Shown here piece after piece: positions 1-5,883 of a stretch of DNA of 64,000 nucleotides. Position 1 is the stretch's first letter. Each line of letters begins with the position of its first letter. Under the pieces are notes generated by a model. That model was not told the DNA's origin. It was given only the letters and a program-made list of their open reading frames with translations, and made no database searches. The position numbers and the translations under genes are program-made. Source of the DNA: Clostridia bacterium. Lineage in GTDB: Bacteria; Bacillota; Clostridia; TANB77; CAG-465. The stretch lies in contig JAZRUV010000013.1 of assembly GCA_045652705.1 (NCBI GenBank), forward strand, positions 2,478 through 66,477. The letters run 5' to 3'.

Positions 1-406
1 AACGACGATAAGAATCGTAAGCAAAACGTTCGTTGCCAGTTAAAGCTGCAAAGCCTTCAACAACTTCGTCATTAAGACCTAGGTTTAATATTGTATCCAT
101 CATACCAGGCATAGATGCTCTAGCACCAGAACGAACAGATACTAGAAGTGGGTTTGTTACACTTCCAAATTCTTTACCAGAAATTTCTTCTAGTTTTTTA
201 AGATTTGCAAATACTTCGTCAACGATTTCAGGAGCGATTTCTTTTCCATCATCATAGTAACGAGTACAAGCTTCAGTTGTAACAGTGAATCCTTGAGGAA
301 CAGGCATTCCTAAATTAGTCATTTCTGCTAAGTTAGCACCTTTACCACCAAGAAGTTCTCTTTGACTACCGTTACCTTCTGAAAATTGATAAACGTATTT
401 TGTCAT
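1..406 (-). CDS. ppdK: pyruvate, phosphate dikinase, N-terminal part (gene runs off the window start)
   Basis: Own reverse-strand translation from ATG at 406: MTKYVYQFSEGNGSQRELLGGKGANLAEMTNLGMPVPQGFTVTTEACTRYY...SVRSGARASMPGMMDTILNLGLND. This is the conserved PPDK N-terminus. GGAGG RBS (rc of 414-418) lies 7 nt upstream. Absent from the ORF track because there is no stop in the window. Confidence 0.85.
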   Translation of the reverse strand, partial: MTKYVYQFSEGNGSQRELLGGKGANLAEMTNLGMPVPQGFTVTTEACTRYYDDGKEIAPEIVDEVFANLKKLEEISGKEFGSVTNPLLVSVRSGARASMPGMMDTILNLGLNDEVVEGFAALTGNERFAYDSYRR

Positions 407-578
407 TTCATGACCTCCTAATGTTAAAATTAACTGCAACAGTAGTTGCAATTTCGTACCAAGCTATTATACCAAAAGAAAGCGTAAAAATCTACCCTAA
501 ATAGCCAAAAAATATGTAAAATTACGGTAAAGAAAAACACGGACAAAATATTTTGTATATACTACATTAGGTGATAAT

Positions 579-833
579 ATGGTACTAGAAATATTTATAT
601 ATTTAGCAATAGTGTTAGGAATGTTAATTCTGTGCATAACTATCTTTGAAAACGACGATTTTGTGAAAGATAGTTATGTGTTAATAAAAAGAGATAATGC
701 AAAGGTAAAGGTAATAATAGAAACAGAAGGATTAAGTGAAGAAGATTCAAAAAGGATAGGTTGGATTATACGAAGAGGGAATTTTCAAGATATATATGAT
801 ATTGTAAATCATTACGAAGTAAAAAGGAAATAG
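579..833 (+). CDS. hypothetical small membrane protein (one N-terminal TM)
   Basis: 84-aa ORF with AGGTGA RBS just upstream. Hydrophobic N-terminus IFIYLAIVLGMLILCITIF. No family recognised. Confidence 0.5.
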   Translation: MVLEIFIYLAIVLGMLILCITIFENDDFVKDSYVLIKRDNAKVKVIIETEGLSEEDSKRIGWIIRRGNFQDIYDIVNHYEVKRK

Positions 834-841
834 CAGTATGT

Positions 842-870
842 TTGAAAAAATACGCATCCTGTGATATAAT
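842..870 (+). promoter_or_regulatory. sigmaA-type promoter (TTGAAA-17-TATAAT with TGTG extended -10)
   Basis: TTGAAA at 842-847, 17-nt spacer, TGTGATATAAT at 860-870, about 50 nt upstream of the 923 ORF. Confidence 0.55.
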
Positions 871-922
871 ATTTAAACATAAACAATTAAAACCAAATCT
901 TAATTAAGAAAGGAAAAACACT

Positions 923-1204
923 ATGAAATTGTATGCAGGATTTGTACTTATGGATGGAAAAATTGAAGTCCGTTCTGTAAACACACGGGACTTTAGGCGC
1001 ATGGCTATTCCCTGGAATGCAATTGGCGGAATTGTTATTGACCCTAAAGAAATGATGAAGTCTATGACTTTCGGCTCAAACAACATCAAGTTCCCGCCCA
1101 TAACCTACTTTGGCAAAAGAGTAGACTCTAAAGGTATTATGGTAAAAACAAGAGCGGGTACTTTGATAGAGTTGCCTCAAAGCGCAATGTTAATTGATGT
1201 ATGA
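923..1204 (+). CDS. hypothetical protein, 93 aa, atypical (higher) G+C
   Basis: ORF with AAGGAAA RBS, own consensus promoter and own terminator. No recognisable family. Confidence 0.5.
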   Translation: MKLYAGFVLMDGKIEVRSVNTRDFRRMAIPWNAIGGIVIDPKEMMKSMTFGSNNIKFPPITYFGKRVDSKGIMVKTRAGTLIELPQSAMLIDV

Positions 1205-1210
1205 TCAAAG

Positions 1211-1236
1211 TGGCGGTGTATTTCACCGCCATTTAA
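1211..1236 (+). terminator. rho-independent terminator
   Basis: GGCGGTG-tattt-CACCGCC stem-loop followed by an A/T-rich tail. Confidence 0.6.
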
Positions 1237-1256
1237 AATAACAAAACATATCAAAA

Positions 1257-1285
1257 TTGACGGAGTGTTACTCAAGTGATATAAT
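1257..1285 (+). promoter_or_regulatory. sigmaA-type promoter of cobB
   Basis: TTGACG at 1257-1262, 17-nt spacer containing TG, TATAAT at 1280-1285. Confidence 0.55.
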
Positions 1286-1314
1286 CTAAAAAACAACAAG
1301 ATGGAGTGAGTAAA

Positions 1315-2046
1315 ATGCAAGACAAAATCCAAATGTTAAGAGACTTAATAAAAAATAGCAATAACATTGTTTTCTTTGGTGGGGCAGGAGTTTCCACTGA
1401 AAGTGGTATACCAGACTTTAGAAGTAAAGATGGACTTTATAGTATGAAGTATAAATATCCGCCTGAAGAAATATTAAGTCACGACTTTTTCTTTGGACAG
1501 CCCGACGATTTTTATGAGTTTTATAGAGATAAGTTGAATTCTCTTGAAGTTAAGCCTAACATTACACATTATGCACTTGCAAAGTTAGAGGCGTTGGGCA
1601 AACTGAAATGTGTTATAACTCAAAATATTGATGGGCTTCACCAAAAAGCAGGTTCTAAAAAGGTGGTTGAGCTACACGGGTCAATACTGAGAAACTATTG
1701 CACAAAGTGTAGAAAATTCTATGGGCCGGAAAGCATATTTGATACGCAAGATATACCTGTTTGTGAGTGTGGTGGTATAATAAAGCCGGATGTAGTTTTA
1801 TACCAAGAACCATTAAACCAGACAAGTGTAACAGGCGCACTAGATGATATTGAACAGTGCGACTTGTTAATTGTTGGTGGAACATCGCTTACAGTTTATC
1901 CGGCGGCCTCTTATGTAATGAATTTTAGAGGTAAAAACCTTGTAATTATTAACAAAGATGCTACAGAGTATGACTATAGAGCAAATCTTGTTATAAACAG
2001 TGGTTTGGGAGAAGTGTTCTCTGAAGTTATGAAAGATTATGAGTAA
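1315..2046 (+). CDS. cobB: NAD-dependent protein deacylase, Sir2 family
   Basis: GAGVSTESGIPDFRS Rossmann/sirtuin motif, QNIDGLH, Zn ribbon CxxC...CxC, GTSLTVYPA. ATG at 1315 is preferred over GTG at 1306 because GGAG lies 6 nt upstream. Confidence 0.9.
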   Translation: MQDKIQMLRDLIKNSNNIVFFGGAGVSTESGIPDFRSKDGLYSMKYKYPPEEILSHDFFFGQPDDFYEFYRDKLNSLEVKPNITHYALAKLEALGKLKCVITQNIDGLHQKAGSKKVVELHGSILRNYCTKCRKFYGPESIFDTQDIPVCECGGIIKPDVVLYQEPLNQTSVTGALDDIEQCDLLIVGGTSLTVYPAASYVMNFRGKNLVIINKDATEYDYRANLVINSGLGEVFSEVMKDYE

Positions 2047-2063
2047 ATAATAACAGGAGCTTT

Positions 2064-2243
2064 TTAAAGCCCCTGTTGTTTTATGGATTTGTCGTTTCCC
2101 TCACACCATTTTCTATAATTCTCTAAACCCGGTGAATCTATTTTGATTTCAGAGAATTTATCAAAGGTGCAAGATATCTTGGGGTGCCTCGCTTTTGGAA
2201 TAAATACTCTATCATCGTTTTTCGAAAAATCAAAATATTCCAT
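2064..2243 (-). CDS. hypothetical 59-aa protein, last gene of the small-ORF cassette
   Basis: MEYFDFSKNDDRVFIPKARHPK... ATG at 2243 preceded by GGAGAATAC (rc). The track's longer 75-aa version overlaps the upstream gene and lacks an RBS. The stop is embedded in a terminator hairpin. Confidence 0.45.
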   Translation of the reverse strand: MEYFDFSKNDDRVFIPKARHPKISCTFDKFSEIKIDSPGLENYRKWCEGNDKSIKQQGL

Positions 2244-2253
2244 GAGTATTCTC

Positions 2254-2613
2254 CTATAAGCAGTGTTTAGCTTTATGAGGTCTACAACCATTATGAGGAA
2301 GAGGGGTAACGTCTTTTATACTTGTTATTTCCACGCCGCAATCCCTAATTGCAGAAAGAGTTATTTCTCTTGTACAACTGGTTCCTTTAATGATTATAGA
2401 CACTTTATTTATGCCAAATTTTTTAATAGGTTCCACTACTTTTTGCATAATACCTGTTTGCGTTTCAGATGATTCATTTCCCATAACACCAATAAGACTT
2501 CTATCTAACAACAACTTTCCGCAGTTGTCTAGTAGCACGAGGTCTATCCGCTTATATGAAAAGGTTAAATGTACGATACAGTCGCTTTTAGAGATGGAGT
2601 TATCACTTTTCAT
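2254..2613 (-). CDS. divergent ribosomal protein uS11 (RpsK)-like paralog
   Basis: The C-terminal block KGTSCTREITLSAIRDCGVEITSIKDVTPLPHNGCRPHKAKH matches the S11 signature (I.DVTPiPHNGCRPpKrRR). CIVHLTFSYKRIDLVLLD aligns to the S11 ahI..sfNNTiitiTD strand. ATG at 2613 has AAGGAG 7 nt upstream. The track start at 2634 is a TTG with no RBS. Confidence 0.7.
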   Translation of the reverse strand: MKSDNSISKSDCIVHLTFSYKRIDLVLLDNCGKLLLDRSLIGVMGNESSETQTGIMQKVVEPIKKFGINKVSIIIKGTSCTREITLSAIRDCGVEITSIKDVTPLPHNGCRPHKAKHCL

Positions 2614-2630
2614 AACAATGCTCCTTAAAT

Positions 2631-3131
2631 TCAAGATGTGCCTAGGTAACTTGTGGGAATATGTAGCTCGTAAGTATCCTTAGGGGTAGCCAATTCATAC
2701 ATAAAGAAATCAGCAATAAAATTATCAGCTCTTTCGCAGTCTACGAACTTGACTTGTGCATTTTCAATTTCACTATTTATGACAACGCTCGTGCAAATGT
2801 ATTGCTTTCCGTCTATAGTAATTATATATTCATCATCGTTTTGTTCTTCGAATATTATAATTTCTTCCTCTGAATTAACAACCGTCCGAGTGTAGATGTT
2901 TATTGGGGTATTCCCAAATATAAATGCGAGAAGTACAATGCTAATAGCCCAAAAACAAACGGCGCCAAAGAATGGTGAAATGGCAAATTTGAAGATGTCT
3001 AATTTAGCGATGCGAGTTTCATACGAATCAGGATTTGTATACTTTAATTTCAAATAAGAAATAAAAGCATACGATGAGCCAACAACTGCTATAATTATTG
3101 CGATAATAGCAAGTAATCCCATATAGGTCAT
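2631..3131 (-). CDS. hypothetical membrane protein (2 TM), 166 aa
   Basis: TM segments LLAIIAIIIAVVGSSYAFI and FFGAVCFWAISIVLLAFIF. GGAGG RBS (rc of 3141-3146). Confidence 0.6.
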   Translation of the reverse strand: MTYMGLLAIIAIIIAVVGSSYAFISYLKLKYTNPDSYETRIAKLDIFKFAISPFFGAVCFWAISIVLLAFIFGNTPINIYTRTVVNSEEEIIIFEEQNDDEYIITIDGKQYICTSVVINSEIENAQVKFVDCERADNFIADFFMYELATPKDTYELHIPTSYLGTS

Positions 3132-3147
3132 AAAACAGTTCCTCCTA

Positions 3148-3321
3148 TTATGTTTGTGGTTTTGGTTTCTTTACAGCTTCTTGTACTGTCTTTGAGTACT
3201 CTGACAAATGTTTTTTGATTTCTTCGGGTGTCATAAGGAAATCACAAGAAGTAGATTTGCTTTGTATTGCAGCGTTACCAGTAAATGGTTGCAAACGTAA
3301 TGTTGTTTTATGTTGGTCCAT
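3148..3321 (-). CDS. hypothetical 57-aa protein (below the ORF-track cutoff)
   Basis: Own translation: MDQHKTTLRLQPFTGNAAIQSKSTSCDFLMTPEEIKKHLSEYSKTVQEAVKKPKPQT. GGAGGAG RBS lies 6 nt upstream of ATG at 3321. It fills the gap between neighbouring same-strand genes. Confidence 0.45.
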   Translation of the reverse strand: MDQHKTTLRLQPFTGNAAIQSKSTSCDFLMTPEEIKKHLSEYSKTVQEAVKKPKPQT

Positions 3322-3335
3322 TTGAACTCCTCCAA

Positions 3336-3611
3336 TTATCTTGCGCTAACAGCAGGCCACCACATACCAGGTGCATACTTGTCTTTGCCGGCACTTTGTA
3401 TGCCGTTAAAAATAAACAATGTGTGAAGGGTGTCTGCACACCGTTCCGTTAGCTCTTCAGTTCCATAATAGGTTGAACCTACAAGTCTTAAGTTTGCATC
3501 TCGAACAACATCGTCCAAAGTAAATTCATCAGTTTGTCTAAGTATTACACTTGTAACAAGGTTTTGCAAATCCGCTTTGTTTTTTACGTTAGAATTTTCT
3601 TTTATGTACAT
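3336..3611 (-). CDS. hypothetical protein, 91 aa
   Basis: ORF tightly packed (4-nt gap) after the upstream gene. No family recognised. Confidence 0.5.
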   Translation of the reverse strand: MYIKENSNVKNKADLQNLVTSVILRQTDEFTLDDVVRDANLRLVGSTYYGTEELTERCADTLHTLFIFNGIQSAGKDKYAPGMWWPAVSAR

Positions 3612-3614
3612 ATT

Positions 3615-3830
3615 TTATAGCCCTTTCTTTTTCATAAATGGAGAGGAGTTTTTTGGTAGATAGCTGTCATCGATAATAAGTTGAAGGTTGTTGTTTGAAG
3701 TGTTCATATTTCTTTGCTGCATAAGTCTCTTAGTTTTATGAATGTCCACAAGAAGGGAAATGGTAAAATATAGTCCCATTATACCTGTAAAGAACATCAT
3801 AATATCTGCTAAGCGTTGAGTGAGTACCAT
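3615..3830 (-). CDS. hypothetical small membrane protein, 71 aa
   Basis: TM segment IMMFFTGIMGLYFTISLLV. AAAGGAGGAC RBS (rc of about 3840-3849). Confidence 0.5.
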   Translation of the reverse strand: MVLTQRLADIMMFFTGIMGLYFTISLLVDIHKTKRLMQQRNMNTSNNNLQLIIDDSYLPKNSSPFMKKKGL

Positions 3831-3911
3831 GTATTAAAGTCCTCCTTTAACATCCTATATTGTATACTGAATATAGTAAGTGTTTTGTACCTAATGAAAC
3901 GCGAAAATATA

Positions 3912-4103
3912 TTATAGCCATTTTCGTGCTACTTCATTTGCGTGCTTCATAGCATCTTCGAATTGACCTTGAGTCATTTTGCAGTTGTGTGCAAACGAAG
4001 TTTCAGTGTAATCAATTGCTTCTTTTAGAATAATATTTCGAAATTCTATTTGCTTTTGAACTGTGTTGCGAGATGCTCGCATTTCTATTACTTGTCTAAG
4101 CAT
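3912..4103 (-). CDS. hypothetical protein, 63 aa
   Basis: ORF with GAGGAGG RBS (rc of about 4110-4116). No family recognised. Confidence 0.5.
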   Translation of the reverse strand: MLRQVIEMRASRNTVQKQIEFRNIILKEAIDYTETSFAHNCKMTQGQFEDAMKHANEVARKWL

Positions 4104-4120
4104 TTAACAGCCTCCTCAAA

Positions 4121-4309
4121 CTAATCGTCTCTGATGGAAAATCCTGCAGCGCGCCTGTTTTCTGGCGAACCGAGATAGTTTTCGCGTGGAGCAGCAAATA
4201 TCCTGTCATAAAATCCTCTGTGTTCTGGTACGATGTTTTTGCTTCTTACTAAATTAATACGTTCTTGTTCACGCTTAGAAATTCTCATATTTTCATTCCA
4301 TAATACCAT
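4121..4309 (-). CDS. hypothetical protein, 62 aa, about 46% G+C by hand count
   Basis: First gene of the cassette. GGGAGGATAG RBS (rc of about 4316-4324). No family recognised. Confidence 0.5.
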   Translation of the reverse strand: MVLWNENMRISKREQERINLVRSKNIVPEHRGFYDRIFAAPRENYLGSPENRRAAGFSIRDD

Positions 4310-4362
4310 GTGACTATCCTCCCATAAAATTATTTTTGGAAATATAGATATAAAGCTTAAAA

Positions 4363-4391
4363 ATTATATCACAAGTAGGTGAAAAAATCAA
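4363..4391 (-). promoter_or_regulatory. sigmaA-type promoter of the small-ORF cassette
   Basis: On the reverse strand: TTGATT (rc of 4386-4391), 17-nt spacer, TGTGATATAAT (rc of 4363-4373). Confidence 0.55.
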
Positions 4392-4396
4392 TGTCA

Positions 4397-4442
4397 GTTG
4401 ACAATCTATTCTACTCTTGGTTGACAATCTATTCTACTCTTG
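4397..4442 (+). repeat. perfect 23-bp tandem duplication (2 copies) carrying a TTGACA box
   Basis: GTTGACAATCTATTCTACTCTTG at 4397-4419 is repeated exactly at 4420-4442. Confidence 0.95.
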
Positions 4443-4449
4443 GTAAAAT
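4421..4449 (+). promoter_or_regulatory. sigmaA-type promoter of ruvA
   Basis: TTGACA at 4421-4426 (second repeat copy), 17-nt spacer, TAAAAT at 4444-4449. Confidence 0.6.
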
Positions 4450-4474
4450 TATAACGAATGTAAGGGGTAGGAAA

Positions 4475-5071
4475 ATGATAGCATTTTTAAAAGGAAATAT
4501 AGAGAAAAAAGATATAGATAAAGTAGCAATTGATGTTAATGGTGTGGGTTATGAAGTACTTATGCCAGCTGGAGACGTAGAAAGGCTTGCAGTAGGACAA
4601 AATATTAAAATTCACATATTTACAGATATTAAAGAGGGCTACATAGGACTGTTTGGCTTTTTAGAAGAAGAGGCATTAAGTGTATTTGAAAAACTTAAAA
4701 AAGTAAGTGGTATTGGTTCAAAAACAGCGCTTGGAGTTCTTGCACATATGTCACCTAGTGAGGTTTGTGTGTGTATTGCAAATGAAGATGCAACGCTACT
4801 TAGCAAAATACCAGGTGTTGGTGCAAAAACAGCTGCAAGAATAATACTAGAATTAAAAGACAAAATACTTAAAGACGATAGCATTAAACTAACTAAAATT
4901 GCTAGCAAGAAAGAAACAACTAATGTTTCTAAAAATGAAGCTGTACTTGCTCTTAAAGTACTTGGTTATACTACAACACAAATTAATGAAGCAATAGATG
5001 AACTTGATATAGAGGGGTTAAAAGTAGAAGAGATAATTAAGAAAGTACTTGGGGTTATAAACAAAAGATAA
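4475..5071 (+). CDS. ruvA: Holliday junction branch-migration complex subunit RuvA
   Basis: MIAFLKGNIEKK..VAIDVNGVGYEVLMP OB-fold start, helix-hairpin-helix GIGSKTA / PGVGAKTAARI, C-terminal domain III. ATG at 4475 follows AGGGGTAGGAAA. The track's 4379 start would run across the promoter repeats. Confidence 0.9.
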   Translation: MIAFLKGNIEKKDIDKVAIDVNGVGYEVLMPAGDVERLAVGQNIKIHIFTDIKEGYIGLFGFLEEEALSVFEKLKKVSGIGSKTALGVLAHMSPSEVCVCIANEDATLLSKIPGVGAKTAARIILELKDKILKDDSIKLTKIASKKETTNVSKNEAVLALKVLGYTTTQINEAIDELDIEGLKVEEIIKKVLGVINKR

Positions 5072-5181
5072 GGATTAGATAAAAAATGTAATAAAAACCA
5101 AAGATAAATCTAAATAGTATATAATTTCCATTGATATTTCCATTCATATGTGATATTATGTGCTAAAGAGAAGAGGGTATT

Positions 5182-5883
5182 ATGATAGAATTTAAGAACG
5201 TTACAAAAAGATATGACCACGATGTCGTAGCTTTGGAAGATATAAATGTTAAAATAGATAAGGGAGAGTTTGTATTCTTAGCAGGGCCTTCAGGCTCTGG
5301 TAAGTCAACTTTCCTTAAACTTATGTTAAAGGAAGAAGTTCCAAGCGAAGGTACAGTTATAGTAAATGGTAGAGATTTAGCAGATGTAAAAGAAAGAGAA
5401 GTACCATATGTTAGAAGAAGAATAGGCTGTGTATTCCAAGACTTCAGACTTCTTTATGACAAAACAGTTTATGAAAATATAGTGCTAGCATTAAGAGTTG
5501 TTGGCGCATCAGAAAGAGAAATAAAAACAGCAGTAGGAGCTGCGTTAAAACAAGTTGGACTAACGGGAAGAGAAGATAGCTATCCAAACCAATTATCTGG
5601 TGGAGAGCAACAAAGGGTTGGCCTTGCGCGTGCACTTGTTACACGTCCACCAATAATTATAGCTGATGAACCTACTGGTAATTTGGATGATGAAACAGCT
5701 AAAGAAATAATGAAGATGCTATATGAAATAAATGATAATGGTACAACAATAATAATGGTGACACACGACCATAGCATTATAGATAGCAGTGGTAAAAGAG
5801 TGTTAACCCTTGAAAAAGGAAAAATTGTATCAGATAGTAAGAAGGGAGGTTATGTAGAATGTCAACAAGAACCTACCTTATAG
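5182..5883 (+). CDS. ftsE: cell-division ABC transporter ATP-binding protein FtsE
   Basis: Walker [10 protein letters not shown], signature LSGGEQQR, Walker [13 protein letters not shown], followed by ftsX. Confidence 0.92.
   Translation: MIEFKNVTKRYDHDVVALEDINVKIDKGEFVFLAGPSGSGKSTFLKLMLKEEVPSEGTVIVNGRDLADVKEREVPYVRRRIGCVFQDFRLLYDKTVYENIVLALRVVGASEREIKTAVGAALKQVGLTGREDSYPNQLSGGEQQRVGLARALVTRPPIIIADEPTGNLDDETAKEIMKMLYEINDNGTTIIMVTHDHSIIDSSGKRVLTLEKGKIVSDSKKGGYVECQQEPTL

Noticed and set aside
2064-4309. Calling the small-ORF cassette a prophage.
   Set aside because: There is no integrase, terminase, capsid, tail or lysis gene and no att repeat that I could find. Only a phage-like gene size and packing pattern is present, so it stays an unclassified cassette.
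4379-4474. 32-codon N-terminal extension of RuvA.
   Set aside because: It would be translated across the tandem promoter repeat. RuvA homology starts at MIAFLKGN (4475), which has its own RBS.
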